Positions 39,797 through 49,863 of a stretch of 64,000 bases of DNA are shown piece after piece. Numbering within the stretch: position 1 is the first letter of the stretch; every line of letters starts with the position of its first letter. The notes below the pieces were generated by a model, which saw only the letters and a list, made by a program, of their open reading frames with translations, did not search any database and was not told the DNA's origin. The DNA comes from an uncultured bacterium (GTDB lineage: Bacteria > Edwardsbacteria > AC1 > EtOH8): positions 64,001 to 128,000 of the forward strand of contig CAWAAX010000004.1 of the NCBI GenBank assembly GCA_963780225.1. The letters run 5' to 3'. The position numbers were made by a program, and so were the translations under genes.

Positions 39797-42297
39797 AAGC
39801 GGTGATAATGGCCGGAGGTTTCGGGACGCGGCTGCGTCCCCTGACCTGCACCCTGCCCAAACCCATGGTGCCGATGGTCAACCGCCCGATGATGGAGCAC
39901 ATCATCCGGCTGCTGGCCGGGCACGGCATCACCGACATGGTGGTGCTGCTGTTCCACCAGGCCCAGGCCATCTCGGGGCATTTCAAGGACGGGTCCGGTT
40001 ACGGGGTGAATATCGAATACCTGAGGCCCGACGCCGACTACGGCACGGCCGGGGCGGTAGGCATGGCCCGGGACCTGCTGAAGGAGCCGTTCATAGTGAT
40101 CTCCGGCGACCTGCTGACCGATTTTGATCTTTCAGATATAATCAAGAACCACGCCGGCAAAAAAGCCCTGGCCACCATCACTCTGACCCGGGTCCAGAAC
40201 CCGCTGGAATACGGGATCGTGATCACCGATCCGGACGGGCGGATCGTGCGCTTCCTGGAAAAGCCAACCTGGGGCCAGGTATTCTCGGACACCATCAATA
40301 CCGGTATCTATATGTTCCAACCGGAGATCTTTGATCTGATACCAAAGGCCCAGGAATTCGATTTTTCCCAGAACCTGTTCCCGGCACTGCTTCAGAAGAA
40401 CCTGCCGCTTTACGGGCATGTAGCCTCGGGCTACTGGCGGGACGTGGGCAATATCGCGGAATACCGCCAAGCCCACTGGGACGTGCTCAAGGGCAATGTC
40501 AAGGTTGATGTGGACGGCGACAGGCTGAACCTGATCGGCAAGGACATTTGGGTAGGCAAGGGTTCCAGCATCCAGGCCAAAAATACCAACCTTTCCGGGG
40601 CCGTGATCCTGGGCCGAAACGTAAAAGTCGGGGCCGGTACCCATCTTCACGATGTGGTGATCGGCGACAACTGCCAGATCGGCCAGAACGCTTTCATCGA
40701 GCACTCCATCGTCTGGACGGACAGCATCATCGAGGACCGGGCCCGGGTAGCCGGGGCCATAATCTGCGATGGGGTGAAGATTTCCGAAGGCGCGGGAATA
40801 GCGCAGAACGCCATCATCAGCAGCCAGGTTTCCATTGGTGCCCGGGCCCAGGTGCTGGAGAACATCAAGATCTGGCCAGGCAAGGTGGTAGACGAGGATT
40901 CCATCCTGACCTCCAGCCTGATCTGGGGCGACCGCTGGCTGAAGGAATTTTTTGCCGGGCCGAGGGTGACCGGGCTGGCCAACACGGAGATGACGCCGGA
41001 ATTTGCGGCCAAGCTGGGGGCGGCCTACGGAGCGCTGTTGGGACAAGGGGCTTTGGTGGCCACCAGCCGGGACGGGCACCCCGCCAGCCGGATGCTCAAC
41101 CGGGCCCTGCTGTCAGGCTTGCTTTCCTCCGGGGTCAATGCCGAAGACCTGAGGTCCATGCCCATACCCCTGCTGCGCTACCAGCTGAAATCGGGCAAGG
41201 AGATGGGGGGCATCCACGCCCGCAAATCGCCGTTCGATCCAAAATTCGTGGACATCATATTTTTTGACGGAGACGGCAAGGACCTGCCGCCCTCCAAGGT
41301 AAAAAGCCTGGAGCGGCTGTTCCTGCGCGAGGATTTCAAGCGGGCCGAGCCCGACGACACCGGGCTACTGGAATTCCCCGAGCGGACCATCGAAAGCTAC
41401 CGGGAGGGCCTGCTTTCCTACATCGACACCCAGGCCATTAAAACGGCCGGCTTCAAGATAGTGATAGATTACGCCTGCGGGGCGGCGGCCACCATCTTCC
41501 CCTCCATCTTGGGCGAACTGGGACTGGAGGTAGTGGCCCTTAACGCCCAGCTTAATCCCGCCAAAATCACCAAGACCAAGGAGGATTTCGAGCAGTCCCA
41601 GGCCGGGCTGGCCGAGGCGGTGAAGTCGCTCAAGGCCGATATCGGGTTTCTGCTGGACAGCGGGGCCGAGCGGGTGTTTCTGGTGGACGGCCGGGGTAGG
41701 ATACTAAGCGGCGACGAGGCCATGCTGGCCGTTACCCTGCTGGTGCTGAAGAGCCAGAAGATTAAGGCCATGGCCGTGCCGGTGACGGCCTCCCGGGTTA
41801 TCGAAGAGATGGCCCAAAAATACGGGGTCATTGTAAAACGCAGCCGGATAGACAACCGGTCTCTGATGGAGATGGCCTCAGGGGCGGAAGTGGGATTCAT
41901 CGCCAGCCGCCGGGCGGGCTTCATCTTCCCAGAATTCCAACCAGCCTTCGACGCCATGCTGACCGTCTGCAAGATCCTGGAAATGATGGCCTTGTCCAAA
42001 ACGAAGATGGAGGACCTTTATACCGAGATCCCCCAGAGTTTCCTGATCCGGAAGAACATCGTTTGCCACTGGAGCAAGAAGGGAGAGGTGCTGCGGGCGC
42101 TGATCGAGGAGACCAAGGCCCACCGGGAGCGGGAGATGATAGACGGGCTGAAGCTCTTCTTTGGCCGCGACTGGGTGCAGGTGATACCCGATCCCTACCG
42201 GGAGCTGTTCCATGTCAACGCCGAAGCTGACAGCCGGGAGCAGGCGGAGAAGATGGCGGAGGAGTATTTGGGCAAGATAGCGGCCAGACTGGGCTGA
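39793..42297 (+). CDS. Mannose-1-phosphate guanylyltransferase fused to a left-handed beta-helix and a phosphomannomutase-like domain
   Basis: MAGGFGTRLRPLT...PKPM, GTAG, FLEKP, INTGIY, YWRDVG; PGM-like C-terminal half. Confidence 0.9.
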   Translation: MKAVIMAGGFGTRLRPLTCTLPKPMVPMVNRPMMEHIIRLLAGHGITDMVVLLFHQAQAISGHFKDGSGYGVNIEYLRPDADYGTAGAVGMARDLLKEPFIVISGDLLTDFDLSDIIKNHAGKKALATITLTRVQNPLEYGIVITDPDGRIVRFLEKPTWGQVFSDTINTGIYMFQPEIFDLIPKAQEFDFSQNLFPALLQKNLPLYGHVASGYWRDVGNIAEYRQAHWDVLKGNVKVDVDGDRLNLIGKDIWVGKGSSIQAKNTNLSGAVILGRNVKVGAGTHLHDVVIGDNCQIGQNAFIEHSIVWTDSIIEDRARVAGAIICDGVKISEGAGIAQNAIISSQVSIGARAQVLENIKIWPGKVVDEDSILTSSLIWGDRWLKEFFAGPRVTGLANTEMTPEFAAKLGAAYGALLGQGALVATSRDGHPASRMLNRALLSGLLSSGVNAEDLRSMPIPLLRYQLKSGKEMGGIHARKSPFDPKFVDIIFFDGDGKDLPPSKVKSLERLFLREDFKRAEPDDTGLLEFPERTIESYREGLLSYIDTQAIKTAGFKIVIDYACGAAATIFPSILGELGLEVVALNAQLNPAKITKTKEDFEQSQAGLAEAVKSLKADIGFLLDSGAERVFLVDGRGRILSGDEAMLAVTLLVLKSQKIKAMAVPVTASRVIEEMAQKYGVIVKRSRIDNRSLMEMASGAEVGFIASRRAGFIFPEFQPAFDAMLTVCKILEMMALSKTKMEDLYTEIPQSFLIRKNIVCHWSKKGEVLRALIEETKAHREREMIDGLKLFFGRDWVQVIPDPYRELFHVNAEADSREQAEKMAEEYLGKIAARLG

Positions 42298-42471
42298 CAG
42301 GGCACATTTGGGACGCAGAGTAACACAGATTAAATTCCAATTTGCCACAAGAAGCACAAAAACCACAAACTTATTTTAAACTCAATTTGTGTTATTAGTA
42401 TTTTTCTCGGGCCAGGGAAGGATAATATAATCCCTGTCAATCAGTATCCAATAAAAATATCTAAAAAACCA

Positions 42472-42927
42472 ATGGCTTTGAAAAATAAAATAATCCTGGC
42501 GCTGGCGGTTGTCCTGCTGGTCGTGATAGGACTGACGATCTACAATAATTTCTTCAGCCCGCAGGCCAGGATCAAGTCCACCATGGAACGGACGGTCAAG
42601 TTGTTCCTTAAAAAGGACCGGGCCTTCATCATGTCCAACATCGATGAGGAGTTCAGCCAGGGCGCCATGACCAGGGCCAAGGCCGACACCGCGCTGGCAT
42701 TGTTCTTCATGGAATTTGAAAAGGTAAAAGTGGTGATGGATGACCAGAAGGTCCTGGTACAGGACGACACGGCGGTGGACACCATCAAGGTGATCGTGGT
42801 TGTCTCCCGGGGCGGGGAACAGGGATTTTTGCTGGGGTCGTTCGGGAACCCTTATCCCTTGGCGGTCAAGTTCAAGCATAAGGACAAGTGGAGGATAACC
42901 GGGGTCGAAGGTTTGCCTGGTCTTTAA
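42472..42927 (+). CDS. Hypothetical membrane-anchored protein, possibly NTF2-like
   Basis: N-terminal TM helix, host-like codon usage, C-terminal KWRITG. Confidence 0.7.
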   Translation: MALKNKIILALAVVLLVVIGLTIYNNFFSPQARIKSTMERTVKLFLKKDRAFIMSNIDEEFSQGAMTRAKADTALALFFMEFEKVKVVMDDQKVLVQDDTAVDTIKVIVVVSRGGEQGFLLGSFGNPYPLAVKFKHKDKWRITGVEGLPGL

Positions 42928-42956
42928 AGGGTTTTAAGATCAAGGGTAGGCTGAGA

Positions 42957-42989
42957 GACACCGGATAAAGAAATGATTCGGTGTTTTTT
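42957..42989 (+). terminator. Probable intrinsic terminator
   Basis: GACACCGGA...TTCGGTGTT-TTTT. Confidence 0.5.
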
Positions 42990-43069
42990 GTTGGACCTCA
43001 CCCCTGCAGCCGACAGTCGTACGCTCGCCGTGGGTAAGCAAATAAAAAGCATGAGAAAAGGGATATGTA

Positions 43070-44164
43070 ATGAAGATAACTTTTCTTCCCAAGGATTTCA
43101 TGATCAATGCCTGCAGGAAGGTCAACTCGAATATTGAGTCTGACTTTTTAGTGCGGGCTGTGAAGATCAAGAATACGACACCAGATACTGTTGAGATAAG
43201 CAAAATAGTATTTGATATTAAGATTAAGGGCAAAATTGTAAAAAAGATGGTCTATACCTCAGGATGTCTGAAATCTCTGACAAAAAAGCTTGCGGAAAGA
43301 GTGGCTCGCATTAGCAGTTCCCCGGCTCAAATATCTCAACTAATCTTAGGGACTGAAAAATTATGGGACAATGAGAACATGTCCACTGAAACAATTTTAA
43401 AGCCAGGTCAGGAAACCGGCATTCTACAAGAACATTTTAGAATTCTTAATCAAAAACCTGTTGATGAATGTGTTGTGTCCGTATATTATCTCCAGGACGG
43501 TAAAGAGAAAAAGGCGGTTTCCAGGATCCCGATCGTTAAGTATGAGAATAAAAATAGATATATATTTCCGCTGAAGGGGGCCTGGTTGGCTATCAACAAT
43601 TACGATAATATTTATTTTCATCGCCAGTGGTATAGCCAGGAATTTGCCATGGACCTTATTCAGATAACCAATGATTTCAAGTTCTGTTCAAAAAAGAAGA
43701 TCGCCAACAAAGATTATCCAGGTTACGGAAAGAACATCCATGCTATAGCTGACGGCAAGGTGGCAGAGTGCTTTAACGGTATCCCAGAAAATCCCCCGGG
43801 ATTTGGTTCTCGTTTGGATAAACATGAATGGGGCAAGCTCAGAGAAAAATATGGGTTTGTTGCGGCGTTGACAGGCAATTATATAGTACTTAAGCATAAC
43901 GGGAATGAATATTCTTTTTATGGGCATATCATACCCGGAAGCTTAAAGGTAAAAAAAGGCCAGACAATAAAACAAGGGCAAATTATCGGACGATTGGGTA
44001 ACTCAGGCAATTCCGATGCCCCGCATCTTCACTTTCAGTTAATGAATGGGCCAAGCATATTGACTGGCCGGGGGTTGCCTTGCCGGTTCAATAATTTGAA
44101 GGACATTTGTGGAGAACTGGTGCCTTTCATCGAGGAAAACAATTCAATGGTGCATGCCGGATAG
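43070..44164 (+). CDS. M23 family metallopeptidase (low GC)
   Basis: FAMD, AIADGKV, GNYIVLKH, YGH, GNSGNSDAPHLHFQ. Confidence 0.88.
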   Translation: MKITFLPKDFMINACRKVNSNIESDFLVRAVKIKNTTPDTVEISKIVFDIKIKGKIVKKMVYTSGCLKSLTKKLAERVARISSSPAQISQLILGTEKLWDNENMSTETILKPGQETGILQEHFRILNQKPVDECVVSVYYLQDGKEKKAVSRIPIVKYENKNRYIFPLKGAWLAINNYDNIYFHRQWYSQEFAMDLIQITNDFKFCSKKKIANKDYPGYGKNIHAIADGKVAECFNGIPENPPGFGSRLDKHEWGKLREKYGFVAALTGNYIVLKHNGNEYSFYGHIIPGSLKVKKGQTIKQGQIIGRLGNSGNSDAPHLHFQLMNGPSILTGRGLPCRFNNLKDICGELVPFIEENNSMVHAG

Positions 44165-44256
44165 TATCTTGGGAAAGCACTCTTCCCAACAAGTTATCCA
44201 TCAGAGGCGGGGAAAGTACTTAGAGGAAAAGTATTCAATTATCAACGAGACAATTC

Positions 44257-44604
44257 ATGGAACATCAAATGCGGTTGCTGCCAGAGCTTTTTGAGGAGAT
44301 GAGGTCTGGTAGAAAAGTCATAGAGATCCGTTTGAATGACGAAAAACGGCAAAAGTTAAAGGTCGGCGATACGATAATTTTCTACAAACTGCCGGAGGGC
44401 AGGGAAAAATTGAGCGTAAGGGTGCTGGAGCTGCTGCATTACAAGGATTTTAAAAGTCTTTACCAGAATTTTCCTTTTCACCAATTGGGCTGCAGCGGGA
44501 AAACTATGGAATGGATGATGGAAAATACTTATAAGATATATACCCGGGAACAGGAAGAAAAGTACGGAGCATTGGGGATCAGGATAGAGTTGTTGTCAGC
44601 ATAA
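44257..44604 (+). CDS. ASCH domain protein
   Basis: M.L....FE.MRSG.K.IEIRLNDEKR...VGD.I.F, EEKYGALGI. Confidence 0.9.
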   Translation: MEHQMRLLPELFEEMRSGRKVIEIRLNDEKRQKLKVGDTIIFYKLPEGREKLSVRVLELLHYKDFKSLYQNFPFHQLGCSGKTMEWMMENTYKIYTREQEEKYGALGIRIELLSA

Positions 44605-44623
44605 ATACAGCAGAATTATAAAC

Positions 44624-45397
44624 ATGGCGTTTCCAAATCTAAAAAATAAGCACGCCCAGGAAGCGATGTTTGCCCCCCGTGACTTCATTGCCTATCAAAA
44701 AAAGAGGGGAAGGGGGACAAGTTTCAAAATACCGGACGGGATCATCCTTTGCTACCAGCCGGGCTTGATGAAACACATCCTGGAAAATCACAAGGCCACC
44801 AAGACCGATGAAATGTGCCGGGGCATGCTTTTACTGGATGAGACCGGCGGCCAGGTGGCCGTGATCGGCGGTTTTGGGTTTGGCGCTCCGGCGGCAGTGA
44901 CGCGGGTGGAAGAATTGATAGCTTGGGGCGTTAAAAAGTTCATCTCCATTGGCACCGCCGGAACTTTGCAGAAGGACATCAGGATCGGCGACCTAATCGT
45001 TTGCGACAGGGCCATCAGGGACGAGGGGACGTCATACCATTACCTGAAGCCGGCAAAATATTCCTGCGCTTCCAGGAAGCTGACTTCAAAGATAAAAAAG
45101 ACGCTGGATGGACTTAAATTCAAATATACCACCGGGACCAGCTGGACTATTGATGCTCCTTACCGGGAAACGGTGGCCGAGGCCGGGCAGTATCAGAAAG
45201 AAGGGGTGGCCACGGTGGAGATGGAGGCCTCCGCCTTGTTCGCGGTGGCGCAATACCGCAAGGTGGAATTGAGCGCCTTATTCACCATCAGCGATTCTTT
45301 GGCCGAAATGCAATGGAAGCCGAAGTTTCATTTAAAAAAGACCGACAAGGGTTTGGAGACGATATACAAGGTGGCTTTAACGGCGTTACTTGATTAG
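44624..45397 (+). CDS. Nucleoside phosphorylase (PNP/uridine phosphorylase family)
   Basis: GAPAA, GTAG, AIRDEGTSYHY, WTIDAPYRET, VEMEASA. Confidence 0.9.
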   Translation: MAFPNLKNKHAQEAMFAPRDFIAYQKKRGRGTSFKIPDGIILCYQPGLMKHILENHKATKTDEMCRGMLLLDETGGQVAVIGGFGFGAPAAVTRVEELIAWGVKKFISIGTAGTLQKDIRIGDLIVCDRAIRDEGTSYHYLKPAKYSCASRKLTSKIKKTLDGLKFKYTTGTSWTIDAPYRETVAEAGQYQKEGVATVEMEASALFAVAQYRKVELSALFTISDSLAEMQWKPKFHLKKTDKGLETIYKVALTALLD

Positions 45398-45431
45398 TTG
45401 AATGAGAAAACAATTTAAAAGGATTAAATAA

Positions 45432-46904
45432 ATGTCCGAACATTTTGAACAGGTGCCGGAGCGGGCCGAGCGGCTCCACAAGCTGGAAGAACTCCGCAAA
45501 CTGGGGATCAACCCCTATCCCGCCAAATACCAGGCCACCCATACCGCCGCCCAGATACTTAAGGACGCCGAGCAGTTCATCGTTTCCCAGGAAATGATGG
45601 ACATCGCCGGACGGATCACCGCTGTGCGGGGGCACGGCAAAGCCTCGTTCTTCCAGCTGTCCGACCCCAGCGGCAAGATCCAGTGCTACGCCAAGCTGGA
45701 CATAGTCGGGGCCGAAGCCTACCAGGCCTTCAAACTTTACGACATCGGCGACTTCGTCGGCGTTAAGGGCCCGGTGTTCAAGACCCACACCGGAGAGTTC
45801 ACCGTCCAGGCCCAGAAGCTGACCCTGCTGTCCAAGTCGCTGCTGCCCCTGCCGGAAAAATACCACGGCCTGCAGAACGTAGACACCCGGTTCCGCAAGC
45901 GCTACCTGGACCTGATCGCCAACCCCGAGGTCAAGGAGCTGTTCGTCAAAAGGACGAAGTTCGTCAAATCCCTGCGGGATTTCCTGGATTCCAAGGGCTT
46001 CATGGAGGTGGAGACCCCGGTGATGGAGCTGGTCCCCGGCGGAGCCGACGCCCAGCCCTTCATCACCCACCACAATACTTTGGACCTGGACCTTTTCCTG
46101 CGGATCTCGCTGGAGCTGCACCTGAAGCGCCTGATCGTGGGCGGATACGAGAAGGTCTACGAGATCGGGCGGGTGTTCCGCAACGAGGGGATGAGCACCC
46201 AGCACCTGCAGGAGTTCACCTTAATGGAATTCTACTGGGCCTATGTGGATTACCAGACGCTGATGGACTTCACCGAGGAGATGTACTGCCACATTGTCAA
46301 GGAAACCTTCGGGACCCTGGAGATAAAGTACCAGGACCAGATCCTGAATTTCAACCGTCCCTGGCCCCGCTACGATTACCGCCAGCTGCTGATAGACAAG
46401 GCCGGAATAGACCTGGACAAATTCCCCACCGCCGAATCACTGAAGCCCGAACTGGAGAAGCACGGCATCAAGCCCGATCCCAAGCTGGGCCGGGGCCGGC
46501 TGATAGACCAGCTCTACAAGAAGATGATCCGGCCCAACCTGGTCCAGCCCTGCTTCCTGATAGACCATCCTTTGGACATCTCGCCTTTGGCCAAGAAGCA
46601 CGCCGACCGGCCAAATTACACCCAGCGCTTTCAGCCCATCTTCGCCGGGGCCGAGATCGGCAACGCCTTTTCGGAACTTAACGATCCGCTGGACCAGAGA
46701 TCACGGTTCGAGGAACAGTCCCGGCTCCGGGAAAAGGGCGACGCCGAGGCCCAGATGTACGACGCCGATTTCGTGGAAGCCTTGGAGCACGGCATGCCGC
46801 CCTGCGGCGGGTTCGGGGTGGGGATAGACCGGTTCTTTGCCATCGTCAGCAACTCGGAGACGGTGCGCGAGGTGGTGTTCTTCCCGACCATGAAACCGGA
46901 GTGA
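45432..46904 (+). CDS. lysS: Lysine--tRNA ligase (class II)
   Basis: GINPYP, LPLPEKYHGL, RYLDLI, VYEIGRVFRNEG, NAFSELNDP, GIDR. Confidence 0.97.
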   Translation: MSEHFEQVPERAERLHKLEELRKLGINPYPAKYQATHTAAQILKDAEQFIVSQEMMDIAGRITAVRGHGKASFFQLSDPSGKIQCYAKLDIVGAEAYQAFKLYDIGDFVGVKGPVFKTHTGEFTVQAQKLTLLSKSLLPLPEKYHGLQNVDTRFRKRYLDLIANPEVKELFVKRTKFVKSLRDFLDSKGFMEVETPVMELVPGGADAQPFITHHNTLDLDLFLRISLELHLKRLIVGGYEKVYEIGRVFRNEGMSTQHLQEFTLMEFYWAYVDYQTLMDFTEEMYCHIVKETFGTLEIKYQDQILNFNRPWPRYDYRQLLIDKAGIDLDKFPTAESLKPELEKHGIKPDPKLGRGRLIDQLYKKMIRPNLVQPCFLIDHPLDISPLAKKHADRPNYTQRFQPIFAGAEIGNAFSELNDPLDQRSRFEEQSRLREKGDAEAQMYDADFVEALEHGMPPCGGFGVGIDRFFAIVSNSETVREVVFFPTMKPE

Positions 46905-46909
46905 CCCGA

Positions 46910-46950
46910 ACAATTAACAATTCACAGTTTACAATTTACAGTTTACAGTC
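46910..46950. repeat. Degenerate heptamer tract
   Basis: ACAATTA ACAATTC ACAGTTT ACAATTT ACAGTTT ACAGTC. Confidence 0.8.
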
Positions 46951-46956
46951 GGTTAA

Positions 46957-48186
46957 ATGTCCTACGAATTTTTCATAGCCAAAAGATATTTCAAGGCCAA
47001 ACGGCGGACCGGGTTCATCTCGGTGATGAGCGTCCTTTCCTTTGCCGGGGTGACGGTGGGCGTGGCCGCCCTGTTGACGGTGCTTTCGGTGATGAACGGA
47101 GCCCAGACCGAACTGCGCAACAAGATCCTGGGCACCACCGCCCACGTGATAGTGCTGAAATACCAGAACCAACCCATCACCGGATACCGGGAGCTGGTTC
47201 CCCAGATCAACGCCCTGCCCGAGGTGATAAGCAGTTCGCCCTTCATCTACACCAAGTGCATGGTGGCCAAAAGGGACAAGGTGGACGGGCTGGTGCTGCG
47301 GGGGGTGGATCCGGAGCTGGAGCACGGGGTCACCGACATTTCCCGGAACATGGTGGCCGGGGAGCTGAAGTTTGACACCATGTACGCCGGCCTGCCGGGG
47401 ATCATCCTGGGGCTGGACCTGGCCGACCGGCTGGGGGCCTACCTGGGCGACACCCTGACAGTAACCTCGTCCCAGTCGATGAAGCAGACCCCCTTTGGGC
47501 TGATCCCCAAGACCAGGCGCTTCATTTTGACAGGGATCTTTGACGCCGGGATGTACGAGTACAACTCCACCCTGGGATACATCGGGCTGGACCAGGCCCA
47601 GAGTTTTTTGGAGATGGGCCCGGCTGTCACCGGGATAGAGGTAAGGATAAAGGACATCTACCAGGCCCCGGAGGTCGGCAAGAAGATCACCACACTGCTG
47701 GGTCCGCAATACCGTTATAATGACTGGATACACCTGAATTGGAGTTTGTTCTCGGCCCTGAAGCTGGAGAAGACGGCCATGTTCCTGATCCTGGCCCTGA
47801 TCATCATCGTGGCGGCCCTGAACATCATCAGCAGTCTGATCATGACCGTGATCGAGAAGACCCGGGAGATCGGGATACTTAAATCCATGGGGGCCACCTC
47901 CAAAAGCATCATGAAGATATTCATGTTCCAGGGGCTGCTGGTGGGCGGCATCGGAACGGCGCTGGGAATGGGGCTGGGATATGCGCTGTGCCTGCTTTTG
48001 GCCAGATACCAGTTCGTGACCCTGCCGGCCGACGTTTATTTCATCAACAAGCTGCCGGTGCAGATGCAGGCCGGGGACTTTGTCCTGGTCTCGGTTTCCA
48101 CCATACTGATAACTTTCCTGGCGGCCCTTTATCCGGCTTACAAAGCCTCGCGGCTGGATCCGATCGAGGCGATAAGGTACGAATGA
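46957..48186 (+). CDS. lolE: Lipoprotein-releasing ABC transporter permease (LolC/E)
   Basis: FIAKRY, LSVMNG, VAALNIISSL, EIGILKSMGA, YPAYKAS.LDPIEAIRYE. Confidence 0.92.
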   Translation: MSYEFFIAKRYFKAKRRTGFISVMSVLSFAGVTVGVAALLTVLSVMNGAQTELRNKILGTTAHVIVLKYQNQPITGYRELVPQINALPEVISSSPFIYTKCMVAKRDKVDGLVLRGVDPELEHGVTDISRNMVAGELKFDTMYAGLPGIILGLDLADRLGAYLGDTLTVTSSQSMKQTPFGLIPKTRRFILTGIFDAGMYEYNSTLGYIGLDQAQSFLEMGPAVTGIEVRIKDIYQAPEVGKKITTLLGPQYRYNDWIHLNWSLFSALKLEKTAMFLILALIIIVAALNIISSLIMTVIEKTREIGILKSMGATSKSIMKIFMFQGLLVGGIGTALGMGLGYALCLLLARYQFVTLPADVYFINKLPVQMQAGDFVLVSVSTILITFLAALYPAYKASRLDPIEAIRYE

Positions 48187-48281
48187 AACTGAAAAACAAC
48201 CCTTCGACAAGCTCAGGGTAAAAAGCAGAAATCAGAAGGCAAAATAATAATCCTTTGAAAAATTCAGGACTAGAAGGCAAA

Positions 48282-49350
48282 ATGCATATATCAAATATTA
48301 AAATGCCGAATCCCAAATACCAAATTATACTTGTTGCAACGATTTTCTTCGGGCTATTTTCCTCTGTCCATGCCGCGCTGAACCAGGAATATCTGCTGGG
48401 CGAGAAGATTGACACGGGCCAAGATCATAGTCTACAGCACCGTCGGGCAGATCCGGCCTATAGCCGCCAAGGTCAAAGCCAAGTCCCGGGACAGCGTGAT
48501 CACCAGCGATTACCTGTATAAGGTGGAATACGAGAAATCCATCAAAGGCCCATTAAATCCCAAGGCCAAGGACAGGGCCATTTACATCCTGCAGACCGAT
48601 GAGTATAAAAGCGACAAGCGCATTTTGACCGAAGGTCAAAAGGTTTTGCTCTTCTTGTCGCCAACCACTGCACCCGCAAGCTATCTGTCTAAGAATATGA
48701 TCAGCCCCAGAACCTGTTACGGCCTTTTCGGCGGAAAGCAGGGGGCGGTGGTTCTGTCCGAGACCGATCTGCCGATCTATACCAAGGCTATTGGCGGTTA
48801 TATGGATGCCAAAAAGGCCAAACCCAAACAGCGCCCGGCCAAATGGGCGGCCCTGCTGGGGCAGGAACCGGCCGGGATCAGGGAGAGCGCGTTGTCGGAA
48901 CTTTTGGGAACGGTCTATTATCCGGCCGAGCCGGCCCTGATCAGGATACTGGGAGATTCCAACCTTTCCTCGCTGGCCTTCCAGAATCTGCAGAACTATT
49001 CCCCGGATTCCCTGTCCCTGCATCTGGACAGCCTGATGGTTCACAAGAAATCCAAGGCCCGGATAGTGAAGATCAATCTCCTGAAGGTCATCGCCCCCAT
49101 CCGCCAGGAACAGGTTTTCAAGCACCTGCTGAAATCGCTGAAGGACGATGATTTCGAGATCCGGGCCTGCGCCGCCCGGGGCCTGGACGGCTGGAACGAC
49201 AAGAAGGCGGTGAAATCCCTGAAGAAAGCTCTGGAGGACGAGGATGATTACGTGCGCCTGGCGGCCTGCGAGGCCTTGCTGAAGCAGGGTTTTAAGATAG
49301 AGAAGAAAGAGGGCGGGAGGTACAAGATAACCGGGGAGCCCCAAAAGTAA
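48282..49350 (+). CDS. Secreted HEAT-repeat protein, apparently split by a +1 frameshift near 48410
   Basis: Signal peptide (IILVATIFFGLFSSVHA) in the 48282 frame; HEAT repeats (LKDDDFEIRACAARGL, LEDEDDYVRLAACEAL) in the 48409 frame. Confidence 0.7.
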
Positions 49351-49434
49351 CCTCTCCCTTTTATCCCTCCCCTGGGAGGGGAGGGAAGACTGTGACCTCT
49401 CCCCTTCCAGGGGAGAGGCAGGAGAGAGGTCAAA
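49351..49434. repeat. CCTCTCCCC...GGGGAGAGG hairpin repeats
   Basis: Two hairpins upstream of DUF559; related copies at 54180-54216 and 55999-56040. Confidence 0.8.
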
Positions 49435-49459
49435 ATGATATCACGCATTACCCCTTGCT

Positions 49460-49843
49460 ATGCCAATTAAACCTAAACAAAGCGTAACCCGTTTTCAGAG
49501 AGTGAACCCGGAAAAACTGGCCCTGGCCAAGGCGATGCGCCGCAATATGACCTTGGCCGAACGCTGTTTTTGGAATGCAGTAAGGGCCAACAAGATCGAT
49601 GGCATGCATTTTCACCGTCAGCAGGTCATAGATGGATTCATTGCCGACTTTTATTGCGGCGACCAGAGACTGGTGGTGGAGATAGACGGCGGGATCCATG
49701 AAACTCAGAAAGATAACGACAATAAGAGAGAAATGGCTTTAAAGAAAAACGGATTGAGGATCATACGGTTCTCAAACCAAGAAGTGATCAACAACATTGG
49801 TCTGGTCCTTCAAAAATTGAAAAATTATGTCAGGGAAATATAA
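49460..49843 (+). CDS. DUF559 (Vsr-like) endonuclease domain protein
   Basis: AKAMRRNMT.AE..FW, FHRQ..IDGFIADFYC, LVVEIDGGIH, IIRFSN.EV. Confidence 0.92.
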   Translation: MPIKPKQSVTRFQRVNPEKLALAKAMRRNMTLAERCFWNAVRANKIDGMHFHRQQVIDGFIADFYCGDQRLVVEIDGGIHETQKDNDNKREMALKKNGLRIIRFSNQEVINNIGLVLQKLKNYVREI

Positions 49844-49863
49844 ACCAGGCAACGGGCATTATT

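Noticed and set aside
42994..43040. attC-like site before the M23 gene
   Set aside because: Only weak pairing, no proper RYYYAAC/GTTRRRY boxes, no second site and no integrase.
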